A stretch of 64,000 bases of DNA, from NCBI GenBank assembly GCA_030652255.1, contig JAUSAZ010000196.1:10875-74874 (forward strand), given 5' to 3'. Shown here piece by piece: positions 27,199-36,392 of the stretch. Every line of letters begins with the position of its first letter. Position 1 is the first letter of the stretch. This DNA is from Myxococcales bacterium (GTDB lineage Bacteria; Myxococcota_A; Polyangia; Polyangiales; Ga0077539). Under the pieces are notes generated by a model. It saw nothing but the letters and a program-made list of their open reading frames with translations, made no database searches and was not told where the DNA came from. The translations under genes were made by a program, and so were the position numbers.

Positions 27199-30183
27199 AT
27201 GCGAGCACGCGCCTGGATCGTCTTGTCCGCGTCCCTCCTCGGCCTGGCCGGCTGTGATGGGCGCGCGTTGTTGGGCCCGCCGACCGTCTCCGGCGACGCC
27301 GCGGTCGACCTCGGATCGCAGGACGTCGCAACCGACACCGGGACCGACACCGGGACCGACACCGGCGCCCTCGACGCGCCCGGCGACCTCGGCCCCGACG
27401 TCGCCACCGACGGGGGGATGACCTGCGCCACCGACGAGACCCGCTGCGGCGGCGCGTGCGTCGACACCCGCAGCGATCCCCGCCACTGCGGCGCCTGCGG
27501 GAGTTCTTGCGCCGGGGGTCAGGTCTGCAACGCCGGCGTCTGCGCGACGACCTGCGGCGCGGGGCTCAGCGACTGCGGCGGCGCCTGCGTCGACCTCGGG
27601 TCGAGCGCCGACCACTGCGGCGCCTGCGGCTCGGCCTGCACCGGCGGCGCGGCCTGTAGCGCGGGCGTCTGCGTCTGCCCGGCGGGCACCACCCGCTGCG
27701 GCGGCGCGTGCGTCGACACCCGCAGCGACCCGGCCCACTGCGGCGCCTGCGGCAGCGCGTGCGCCGCGGGGCAGGTGTGCTCCGCGGGCGCGTGCGGCGT
27801 GACCTGCGCCGCGGGCCTCACGGCCTGCGCCGGGGCCTGCGTCGACACCCGCAGCGACGGCGCCCACTGCGGCGCCTGCGGGGTCACCTGCGGCGGCGGC
27901 GCCAGCTGCGTGTCGGGCGCCTGCGCCTGCCCGGCGGGAACCGCCCGCTGCGGCGACCGCTGCGTCGACCTCGCCTCCAGCGGCACGGACTGCGGCGCGT
28001 GCGGGATGGCCTGCGCGGCGGGCCAGGTGTGCTCCGCGGGCGCCTGCGCGACGGCGTGCCCGGCGGGGCGCCTCGCCTGCGGCCGCGACTGCGTGGACGT
28101 CGGCGCCGACAGCGCCAACTGCGGCGCGTGCGGCGTGCGCTGCGCGGGCGGCGCGAGCTGCGTGGCGGGCATGTGCGCCTGCCCGGCGGGCCGCTCGCTG
28201 TGCGCCGGCCTCTGCGTGGACACCACCAACGACCCGGCCCACTGCGGCGCGTGCGGGCGGTCCTGCGGGGCGGGCCAGACCTGCGGCGCGGGGACCTGCG
28301 GCAGCACCTGCGGGGCCCTGACGGCCTGCTCGGGCTCGTGCGTCGACACGGCCACGGACCCGGCCAACTGCGGCGGCTGCGGCGTGGTGTGCACCGGCGG
28401 CGCGGCCTGCGTGGCGGGCGCCTGCGGGTGCCCGACGGGGCAGCGCGCGTGCGGCGGGCGCTGCGTCAACGTCGCGACCGACAACGCCAACTGCGCGGTG
28501 TGCGGCAACGTCTGCGCGTCGGGCACCACCTGCAACGGCGTGGGCTGCGTGTGCAACGAGGGCACGGTCAACTGCGCCGGGCGCTGCGTCGTCACGCAGA
28601 CCAACCCGGCCCACTGCGGGGCGTGCGGCAACGTGTGCCCGGCCGGGCAGGCGTGCTCGGCGGGCGTCTGCGGCTCGACCTGCGCGGCGGGCCAGACGCG
28701 CTGCGGCGGGTCGTGCGTCGACCTCCAGAGCGACCGCGCCAACTGCGGCGCCTGCGGGACGGCGTGCACCGGGGGGACGGTGTGCAGCCGCGGGTCGTGC
28801 GTGTGCGACCCGGGCCGCACCAACTGCGGCGGCGCCTGCGTCGACGTGCAGAGCGACCGCGCCAACTGCGGCGCCTGCGGGCGCGCGTGCGCCGCGGGCC
28901 AGGCGTGCTCGGCGGGCGCCTGCGCCGCGAGCTGCGCGGCGGGGCTCACCAACTGCGCCGGGTCGTGCGTCGACCTGTCGAGCGCCAACGCGAGCTGCGG
29001 CGCCTGCGGGCGCGCGTGCACCGGCGGGACGCGCTGCGTGACCGGCGCCTGCCAGTGCCCCGCGGGGCAGACCAGCTGCGCGGGCACCTGCGTCGACAGC
29101 GACAGCAACCCGGCCAACTGCGGCGCCTGCGGGCGCGCGTGCGCCGCGGGCCAGGTGTGCGCCTTCGGGCGCTGCCTCATGAACTGCATCCCCGGCCAGA
29201 CCCAGTGCGGCGGCGGGTGCTTCTTCACCCAGGTCGACCCGGCCAACTGCGGCGGCTGCGGGGTGGCCTGCAACGCCGGGCAGTTCTGCTTCAACAGCCG
29301 GTGCCAGTGCCCGATGGGGCAGACCCTCTGCAACGGGGTGTGCGTCGACACGCGCACCAACGCCGCCCACTGCGGCGCCTGCGGCGCGGGCTGCATGACC
29401 AACCAGGTGTGCAGCGGCGGCACCTGCGGGGTCACCTGCCCGGCGGGCACCACGGCGTGCGCCGGGGCCTGCGTCGACACCCGCTCCAACGACCGCAACT
29501 GCGGCGGCTGCGGGGTGGTGTGCACCGGCGGATCGGACTGCACCGCGGGCGCCTGCGCCTGCCCGGCGGGCCAGGTTCTCTGCGGCGGGCGCTGCGTCAA
29601 CCTCCGCACCGACGCGCTCAACTGCGGCGCCTGCGGCACCGCGTGCAGCGGCGGCGCGACCTGCACCGCGGGCGCCTGCGCCTGCCCGGCGGGCCGAACC
29701 CTCTGCAACGGCGTGTGCGTCAACCCGCTCACCGACGCCGCCCACTGCGGCGCCTGCGGGCGGGCCTGCGCGGCGGGCCAGGCGTGCACCGCGGGGGCCT
29801 GCGTGGCCGCCTGCCCGGCGGGTCAGACCCGCTGCGGCGCGACCTGCGTGAACACCGGCAACGACGAGGCGAACTGCGGCGGCTGCGGGGTGACCTGCGC
29901 CGGCACCTGCATGGGCGGTCGGTGCACCTGTCCCCTGGGCGAGGCCCTCTGCGGCGGGCGCTGCGTGGGCGTGCTCGACGACCCCTCCAACTGCGGGCGC
30001 TGCGGCAACACCTGCCCCAGCACCCAGGCGTGCGCGCTCGGGTTCTGCACGGCGCGGTGCCTGCCCGGCCAGACCATCTGCAGCTCGATGTGCGTCAACA
30101 CGCAGGTCGACGCGGCCAACTGCGGCACCTGCGGCAACCGCTGCCCGGCGGGTCGCATCTGCCGCACGGGGCGCTGCCAGTGA
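27199..30183 (+). CDS. Lipoprotein built from 22 tandem Cys-rich ~40-aa modules (CGG.CVD...D...CG.CG..C..G..C..G.C)
   Basis: GGAG upstream of ATG 27199. Signal peptide with lipobox (LLGLAGC). 22 occurrences of the [HN]CG.CG core counted by eye. Confidence 0.8.
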   Translation: MRARAWIVLSASLLGLAGCDGRALLGPPTVSGDAAVDLGSQDVATDTGTDTGTDTGALDAPGDLGPDVATDGGMTCATDETRCGGACVDTRSDPRHCGACGSSCAGGQVCNAGVCATTCGAGLSDCGGACVDLGSSADHCGACGSACTGGAACSAGVCVCPAGTTRCGGACVDTRSDPAHCGACGSACAAGQVCSAGACGVTCAAGLTACAGACVDTRSDGAHCGACGVTCGGGASCVSGACACPAGTARCGDRCVDLASSGTDCGACGMACAAGQVCSAGACATACPAGRLACGRDCVDVGADSANCGACGVRCAGGASCVAGMCACPAGRSLCAGLCVDTTNDPAHCGACGRSCGAGQTCGAGTCGSTCGALTACSGSCVDTATDPANCGGCGVVCTGGAACVAGACGCPTGQRACGGRCVNVATDNANCAVCGNVCASGTTCNGVGCVCNEGTVNCAGRCVVTQTNPAHCGACGNVCPAGQACSAGVCGSTCAAGQTRCGGSCVDLQSDRANCGACGTACTGGTVCSRGSCVCDPGRTNCGGACVDVQSDRANCGACGRACAAGQACSAGACAASCAAGLTNCAGSCVDLSSANASCGACGRACTGGTRCVTGACQCPAGQTSCAGTCVDSDSNPANCGACGRACAAGQVCAFGRCLMNCIPGQTQCGGGCFFTQVDPANCGGCGVACNAGQFCFNSRCQCPMGQTLCNGVCVDTRTNAAHCGACGAGCMTNQVCSGGTCGVTCPAGTTACAGACVDTRSNDRNCGGCGVVCTGGSDCTAGACACPAGQVLCGGRCVNLRTDALNCGACGTACSGGATCTAGACACPAGRTLCNGVCVNPLTDAAHCGACGRACAAGQACTAGACVAACPAGQTRCGATCVNTGNDEANCGGCGVTCAGTCMGGRCTCPLGEALCGGRCVGVLDDPSNCGRCGNTCPSTQACALGFCTARCLPGQTICSSMCVNTQVDAANCGTCGNRCPAGRICRTGRCQ

Positions 30184-31586
30184 GCGCCCGGCGACGGTAC
30201 GCGCTGCCCCTGGCGGCGATCGCGCTCGCGGCCGTGGCGGCGCTGGCCCCGCGGCGCGCGGAGGCGCAGGTGCTACAGCGCTTCACCCTGCGCGGCGAGC
30301 TCGGCGCGACGGTGATGCTGGCCGACCTCCAGCGAGACCTCCTGGGCTACGGCTTCGGCGCGCAGGGCACCCTGCGCGTGGGCTTCACCCTCACCGGCCC
30401 GCTGGCGGTGCAGGTCTCCGCGGGGTACTGGCTCTTCCCCTCGGCGCAGGGCAACGGCTTCGGCGCGCCCATCACCGCGGGCCTGCGCTTCGAGCCCGCC
30501 GTCGGCCGCCTCGGGCGGCTCTTCGTCGACGCCAACGCGGGCCTCGTGGTCACCGGGGACAAGTCCCGCTTCGGCTTCGACGTGGGCGCGGGCTTCGAGT
30601 TCGCGCTCCACCGCGCCTTCGCGGTGGGGCCGATGATCCGCTACGGGCACATCGTCGCGGACAGCGCCGCGGACGACCCCACCGACGCGCAGTACCTGTC
30701 CTTCGGGGTGTCCATCGCGCTGCGGGTGCCGCCCGCGGAGGCCGCCCCGCCGCCGCCGCCGCCACCGCCGCCACCGCCGCCGCCGCCGCCGCCGCCCGAT
30801 CGGGACGGCGACGGGGTGCTCGACGGCGACGACGCGTGCCCGACGGAGGTCCCGGGCGAGCACCCTGACCCGCAGCGCTCGGGATGCCCCGCCGCCGACG
30901 GCGACGGCGACGGCGTCTTCGACCACGAGGACGCCTGCGCCACCGTCGCGGCCGGCGCCACGCCCGACCCCGACCGCCGCGGATGCCCCGACGGCGACGC
31001 GGACAACGACACCGTGCGCGACCACGCCGACCAGTGCCCGCAGGAGCCGCAGGGCTCGATGCCCGACCCCACGCGCCCGGGCTGCCCCGCGTCGGACCGC
31101 GACAACGACGCGGTGCCCGACTCCACCGACGCCTGCCCCGACCGGCCCGGCGCCCCCAGCGCCAACCCCCGGCAGAACGGCTGCCCCGGGCTGGTGCTCG
31201 TCACCGGCGGGCTCATCCGCATCAACCGCCCGGTGTTCTTCGCCAACAACAGCGACCGGATCCTCCCGCGCAGCAGCGCCATCCTCCAGGCGGTGGCCGA
31301 CACGCTGCGCCTCGCGCCGCAGATCCGCCGGGTGCGCGTCGAGGGGCACACCGACAACACCGGCCCGCAGGCCCACAACATGGACCTCTCCCAGCGCCGC
31401 GCGCAGAGCGTCGTCGCGTGGCTCACCGAGCACGGCGTCGAGGCCGGTCGCCTCGAAGCGCAGGGCCTCGGCCCGACGCGCCCGCTGCGGCCCAACATCA
31501 CCCTGGCCAGCCGGGCGATGAACCGTCGGGTGGAGTTCCACATCACCGACCCGGCTCCTCCGAGCACCCCGGCGCCCCGCCGGTAG
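30180..31586 (+). CDS. OmpA-family protein with N-terminal beta-barrel-like domain, poly-Pro linker and thrombospondin type-3-like repeats
   Basis: GTG 30180 overlaps the upstream stop (GTGA). Signal peptide ...APRRAEAQ. D.D.DG..D..D.CP repeats. OmpA_C motifs (VEGHTDNTG...N..LS.RRA..V..WL, NRRVEF). Confidence 0.85.
   Translation: MSARRRYALPLAAIALAAVAALAPRRAEAQVLQRFTLRGELGATVMLADLQRDLLGYGFGAQGTLRVGFTLTGPLAVQVSAGYWLFPSAQGNGFGAPITAGLRFEPAVGRLGRLFVDANAGLVVTGDKSRFGFDVGAGFEFALHRAFAVGPMIRYGHIVADSAADDPTDAQYLSFGVSIALRVPPAEAAPPPPPPPPPPPPPPPPPDRDGDGVLDGDDACPTEVPGEHPDPQRSGCPAADGDGDGVFDHEDACATVAAGATPDPDRRGCPDGDADNDTVRDHADQCPQEPQGSMPDPTRPGCPASDRDNDAVPDSTDACPDRPGAPSANPRQNGCPGLVLVTGGLIRINRPVFFANNSDRILPRSSAILQAVADTLRLAPQIRRVRVEGHTDNTGPQAHNMDLSQRRAQSVVAWLTEHGVEAGRLEAQGLGPTRPLRPNITLASRAMNRRVEFHITDPAPPSTPAPRR
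30747..30797 (+). repeat. 17 consecutive proline codons (ccg/cca/ccc) in the OmpA linker
   Basis: Counted codon by codon in the frame of CDS 30180. Confidence 0.9.
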
Positions 31587-31639
31587 CGCCCCCCGTCGGC
31601 GCGGGGGTATACCGTCTCCTTCCCCCCCCCTCTGCGCCG

Positions 31640-32971
31640 ATGGACCTCCAACGCAAGCTCGCCCGCCTCGCCGCCCGCGCCCCCGCGGCGCCGCCGCCCC
31701 CTGAGCCCGCCCCCGTGGCGCCCGTCGAGGCCGCCCCCTCCGCCGCCGAGGAGTCGGTCTTCGACGCGCTGCGGGTGCAGCTCCAGCGCCGCCGCGGGCG
31801 CCTCGCGCGGGCCTCCGTCGGGGCCGACGTCGCCCTCTTCCACGACGCCGCGCCGTGGCCCTTCGCGCCGACGGAGTCCGAGCACGGCACCCTGCACCGA
31901 TCGCGCACCCGGCTCGACCCGGCGGCGAAGCACGGCGCGGTGCCGGTGCAGCGCGCCCTCGCGGCCCGCGGCGAGGCGCTCGCCACGCTGGGGCTCGACG
32001 CCGCCCTCGCGGGCGTCGACGTGGGCCGCGCGCTCTTCCTCGACACCGAGACCACGGGCCTGTCCGGCGGCACCGGCACCCTCGCCTTCCTGGTGGGCGT
32101 CGCCTACTTCGAGGACGACGAGCTCGTGGTCGAGCAGCTCTTCGTGCACGACCCCGACGCCGAGGCCGCGCTGCTGTCCCGCGTCGCCGCCCTCGTCGCC
32201 GGCGCCTCGGCGCTCATCACCTTCAACGGCAAGAGCTTCGACCTCCCGCTGCTGCGCTCGCGCTTCGTGATGGCGCGGGTCGAGCCCCCGGCGCTGCCGC
32301 CGCACCTCGACCTCCTGCACGTCGCGCGGCGCATCTACGGCGCCCGGGTGGAGCGCTGCTCGCTCACCACCCTGGAGCGCGACGTGCTGCGCTTCGAGCG
32401 CCTCGACGACGTGGCCGGGGAGGACATCCCCGAGCGCTACCGCCGCTACCTCCGCGAGGGCGACCGGGCGGGCGTCGTGCCCGTGGTGCGCCACAACCTC
32501 TGGGACCTCGTGGCCCTGGCCGCCCTCACCGGCGAGCTCGCGGCCCGCGTCGCGCGCGCGCCCTCCGAGGGGCGCTTCGAGGCCGACGACCACGTCGGCA
32601 TGGCCCGCACCTCGCTGCGCGCGGGCGACCACGCGGGGGCCCTCGCGCACGCCGCCGACGCGCTCTCGCACAACCAGGGCGACGCCTCGCGCGCGGCGCA
32701 CCTCATCGCCGCGCGGGCGCACCACAAGACCGGCGACGCGCTGGGCCGCAGCGGGCGCCTGCTGGCGGCGCTGGCGCTGGCGCCCCACGACCCGGCGATC
32801 CACCTGGAGCTGGCGCGCTGCTACGAGCGCGACCTCGACGACGCGCACCGCGCGCTGGAGCACGCGCACCAGGCCCACGGCGCGGAGCCCCCGTCGGCGC
32901 TGGCGAAGCGGGTGCAGCGCCTGACCCGGCGGTGCCAGCAGGGCGTGCAGCTCCGGCTGCCGGGCTTCTAG
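31640..32971 (+). CDS. RNase H-like (YprB/COG3359-type, DEDD-like exonuclease fold) protein with C-terminal TPR-like region
   Basis: ALFLDTETTGL motif, ITFNGKSFDLPLL and HNLWDLVAL. C-terminal helical repeats. Confidence 0.7.
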   Translation: MDLQRKLARLAARAPAAPPPPEPAPVAPVEAAPSAAEESVFDALRVQLQRRRGRLARASVGADVALFHDAAPWPFAPTESEHGTLHRSRTRLDPAAKHGAVPVQRALAARGEALATLGLDAALAGVDVGRALFLDTETTGLSGGTGTLAFLVGVAYFEDDELVVEQLFVHDPDAEAALLSRVAALVAGASALITFNGKSFDLPLLRSRFVMARVEPPALPPHLDLLHVARRIYGARVERCSLTTLERDVLRFERLDDVAGEDIPERYRRYLREGDRAGVVPVVRHNLWDLVALAALTGELAARVARAPSEGRFEADDHVGMARTSLRAGDHAGALAHAADALSHNQGDASRAAHLIAARAHHKTGDALGRSGRLLAALALAPHDPAIHLELARCYERDLDDAHRALEHAHQAHGAEPPSALAKRVQRLTRRCQQGVQLRLPGF

Positions 32972-33027
32972 CGCGGTGCCCTGATGGGCTGGGTACGGGG
33001 TGAGTCGAATGCCCCGATCCCCGCTTG

Positions 33028-33259
33028 CGGACCGGGGTTTGGCGTTCGCCTGCACCCCGGGCAAGCGAACGCAGGCGCCCGCTTCGCGGGCTATCGAACA
33101 GAGATGTCATGGAGCCTTCCGGACGGCGTTTCGCAGGCTCGAACTCCCTCCGGACGCACCATCGGATTCCGGCTCGATAGCCCGCGAAGCGGGCGCCTGC
33201 ATTCGCTTGCCCGGGGTGCAGGCGAACGCCAAACCCCGGTCCGCAAGCGGGATGGGAGG
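33028..33259. repeat. Palindromic repeat element, family A, second copy (~80-nt inverted arms)
   Basis: The 33028-33106 arm is mirrored by 33180-33259. The arm sequence is homologous to the arms of 18905-19183. Sits between convergent genes. Confidence 0.8.
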
Positions 33260-33296
33260 GTATGGCCCGCTGTACTCAACCAACCGGGCCACCGCG

Positions 33297-34820
33297 CTAG
33301 AAGCTCACCGACAGCTCCCACTTGCGCGGCTGCATGCGCAGCAGCGGGTGCGGGCGCGCGGCGTTGCGGCGCGAGACCTCCGCCTCGTGGGCGACCAGGC
33401 GGCGGCGGAGGGCGTCGATCCACTCGCGCGCGAAGGGGTGCGCGAGCCGCGGGTCGCGCGCGAGGGGGGAGTCCATCATCGAGTTGCCGCCGGTGTTGGA
33501 GAGCCCGGTGTAGGCGCCCTGCTCGAAGAGGAAGACGTCGCGCAGCGACGGGGCGGGCGCGGACTCGTCGAGGGCGTCCCAGCGCACGATGCGCTTCTGC
33601 TCCAGCTCCGGGGCGAGGGCGAAGGGCGAGTAGTCGCCCGACACCTCGTGCATCGGCGCGAGCGAGAGCAGCACCGCCAGCAGCACCGCCAACTGCTCGC
33701 GGGTCTCGAGGGTGGCGAGGTCGTCGGGCACCCGGGGCAGCGCCCGGCAGAGGGCGGCGTGGAAGGCGCGCGGCGCGTCGTCGGCCCGCAGCGCGTCGTC
33801 GCTCGCGTAGAGCCGCCCCACGAGCTCGCGGGCGTGGTCGATGAAGAGCTCCCAGGACGCCTCGGCCTCGATCGCCCAGGCGTGCCCCGGGATGGCGCCG
33901 AGGCCGCGGCGGGCGACGTCGCGGGGCGCGATCGCGTCGCCCAGGTCGAAGGTGCGCAGGCGCGCCTCGATGAGCCGCGCGGCCAGGCCGCGATCGCAGA
34001 AGCCGGACTGCGCGAAGTAGCTCGCGGGCGAGAGCAGCAGCCGGTACGCGTAGTCGTTGACCTCGAGCGTGCCGCGGGTGTGGGCGTGCAGCACCGCGCG
34101 CAGCGGGTGGCCGTAGGGGGTCGCGGCCGCGGCGAGCGCGTAGGCCTGCGCCAGCACGAAGTGAACGACCCCGAGGTGCTGGGCGAAGATCGAGAAGCGC
34201 GCGTCGAGCGCGTTGACCACCCGCCGGGCCCAGCCGAAGCGACCATCACCCGGCGCGATGGCGGCGCCGTCGATGGTGATGGGCCCCGGGCGGAGCCCCG
34301 ACTCCGTGAGGGCGAAGCGCGCGACGGCCCCGCGGCCGGTGCCCTCGAAGGGGGTCGCGAGGTCGAGCGCGAAGGTGCGATCGTCCTCGCGCCGCAGGAG
34401 GAAGGGGTTGGGCCCCTGGACGCGCAGGCGCACGTACTCCGCGTCGTCCGTGCCCCCGCGCCACCCCTCGCCGTTGCCCTCGGGGTGGGGCAGCCCGGGG
34501 GTGTCGCTCGCCCACGGGATCGTCCCCTCGATGGGCGCGCGGCGGTGCAGCTCGAACGCGGCGCCCGCGAGCACGTAGTACGGCAGCACGTAGAGCCAGC
34601 CGAGGCGCCCCTCGGGCGGCGTCGGCGAGGCGACGAAGAGCCCCGCGGGCAGGTCGTCGCCGTAGCGCTCGCGCGCCGGGACGACACGCAGCGCCACCTC
34701 GCGGGGGTGAGCCCGGGGCACCCAGGTGTGCCGCGACCACTCCTCGATGGAGCGGCGCTGCAGCCTGCGCATCGCGAAGAGGGCGCGGATCTTCAGACGG
34801 TCGGTGACGCTCGGTTGCAT
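33297..34820 (-). CDS. Lipoxygenase-family protein (divergent, ~507 aa)
   Basis: RVQGPNPFLL, H-x4-H (FAQHLGVVHFVL) and GHPLRAVLHAHTRGTLEVNDYAYRLLL (matching the LOX block HP...LL.PH.R.T..IN..AR..LI). Start at ATG 34820 (MQPSV). The longer ORF extending to 36182 was rejected. Confidence 0.6.
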   Translation of the reverse strand: MQPSVTDRLKIRALFAMRRLQRRSIEEWSRHTWVPRAHPREVALRVVPARERYGDDLPAGLFVASPTPPEGRLGWLYVLPYYVLAGAAFELHRRAPIEGTIPWASDTPGLPHPEGNGEGWRGGTDDAEYVRLRVQGPNPFLLRREDDRTFALDLATPFEGTGRGAVARFALTESGLRPGPITIDGAAIAPGDGRFGWARRVVNALDARFSIFAQHLGVVHFVLAQAYALAAAATPYGHPLRAVLHAHTRGTLEVNDYAYRLLLSPASYFAQSGFCDRGLAARLIEARLRTFDLGDAIAPRDVARRGLGAIPGHAWAIEAEASWELFIDHARELVGRLYASDDALRADDAPRAFHAALCRALPRVPDDLATLETREQLAVLLAVLLSLAPMHEVSGDYSPFALAPELEQKRIVRWDALDESAPAPSLRDVFLFEQGAYTGLSNTGGNSMMDSPLARDPRLAHPFAREWIDALRRRLVAHEAEVSRRNAARPHPLLRMQPRKWELSVSF

Positions 34821-34852
34821 GACGACGGGACGATACAGCCGAGGCCCTGCCG

Positions 34853-36265
34853 CTACGCCGCGCTCGACGGCGCGCCCGCGGCCTCGCGCCGCGGGTTGAT
34901 CACGTTGCGCAGCGCGAGGATGCCGACCGGGCCCACGAGGGTCGTGAGGCCGATGATCACCCACATCACGCCCGGGTTGCGCGGTCCGGTGGGCGGGCAG
35001 TACGCCGTGAGCAGGCGCCCCGCGGTCATGGCGACGAAGAACTTCGCGAGGAAGTACGGCAGCACCGCGAGGCTCACGTAGGTCGCCTCGCGGCCGGGCG
35101 GCGCGATGGAGACGTTGTACTCGTAGCTGCGCGGCGACCAGAGCGCCTCGCCGATGGTGAGCACCACGATGGCCGTCACCTGGATGGCCGTCGACGAGCC
35201 GAGCGCGAAGATGAAGGGGCTCGCGGCGGTCACGAAGGCCCCGATCACGATGACCTTGAAGGCCGGCAGGTGGCGCGTGAACGCCGTGGTCACCGGCACG
35301 AAGAACAGGATCAGCACCGAGTTGAGCGCCCAGAGCCCGCCCCAGTCGAAGTCCTCGCCGCGCTCGCGGGTGATGAACTTCGGCCACGTCGCGTGCATGT
35401 GCACGAAGATCGCCTTCACCAGCACCAGGAAGGCGATGAGCAGCATGAAGCGCCAGAACGCCCGGTCGCGCACGACCTCGCCGAGCACCGCCAGGGGGCT
35501 CTTCTTCACGCCGCCCTCGCCGGGCGCCTCCGGGCGCGACGGCACGCCGGCGCGCTCGAGGGCCGCGTCGGAGCGCACGAAGAGCGTCGCCACGAAGGCG
35601 AACATGGCGGTGATGGTGCCGAGGCCGATGATGGCGCGGTAGGCGCTCATCGGGGTCGCGCCGACGAGCGGCAGCTCGATGGTACGCATCACGAGGTGGC
35701 GCGTGACGGGGTCGACGAAGAAGGCCTTGGTGCGGTCGATGAGCTGGCCCGACAGCACCCCGCCCACGTTGAGCGCGATGTAGAAGAACGAGAACGCGAT
35801 CGCGACGGTGCGCTTGTTGGAGTACTTGTGCACCGCCGTCTGGAGCACCGGCGAGCCGCTCGCGAGCGCGAAGGCGTAGGCGATGAGCGCGGGGAGCGCG
35901 ATGACCGCGGTGGACGACACGGACATCACCGCGCGGGTGAGCATCGCGGCGCCGAAGGAGAAGATGAGCGTGCGGCGGGTGCCCACCACGTCGGCGATGG
36001 AGCCCACCATGAACGCGAAGAGCGAGAGCAGCGCGCTGAAGACGCCGAACCAGTTGCTCGCGCGGTCGTCGCCGAAGTGGAAGTCGCTCGTGAGCCAGAG
36101 CGAGAGCACGGACATGAACGAGTACAGCCCGATGTACTCGAAGATGATCGCGACGTAGGTGAGCCAGAGCTCGCGCGGGCACTTCATGAGCTCGCGCAGG
36201 TCGTCCCAGTAGGAGCGTTTTTCGTCAGCGGAGACCGGGGTCGCAGGGCTGCTCACGGCGCGCAC
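34853..36265 (-). CDS. MFS transporter
   Basis: About 12 hydrophobic segments. MFS-like loop GSIADVVGTRRTL. Ends 32 nt upstream of the LOX start on the same strand. GTG start. Confidence 0.8.
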   Translation of the reverse strand: MRAVSSPATPVSADEKRSYWDDLRELMKCPRELWLTYVAIIFEYIGLYSFMSVLSLWLTSDFHFGDDRASNWFGVFSALLSLFAFMVGSIADVVGTRRTLIFSFGAAMLTRAVMSVSSTAVIALPALIAYAFALASGSPVLQTAVHKYSNKRTVAIAFSFFYIALNVGGVLSGQLIDRTKAFFVDPVTRHLVMRTIELPLVGATPMSAYRAIIGLGTITAMFAFVATLFVRSDAALERAGVPSRPEAPGEGGVKKSPLAVLGEVVRDRAFWRFMLLIAFLVLVKAIFVHMHATWPKFITRERGEDFDWGGLWALNSVLILFFVPVTTAFTRHLPAFKVIVIGAFVTAASPFIFALGSSTAIQVTAIVVLTIGEALWSPRSYEYNVSIAPPGREATYVSLAVLPYFLAKFFVAMTAGRLLTAYCPPTGPRNPGVMWVIIGLTTLVGPVGILALRNVINPRREAAGAPSSAA

Positions 36266-36392
36266 CGTATCACCCGTCCGGGGCCCTCCGACAAGCCCGG
36301 ACGCAGCCCGCGCCGACCGACGACGTGGGCCCCGGGGAGGAGGGAGGAGAGCGGTGCGAGAGGGAGGGAGGGAGGGAGGGAGCGGGAGGCGA

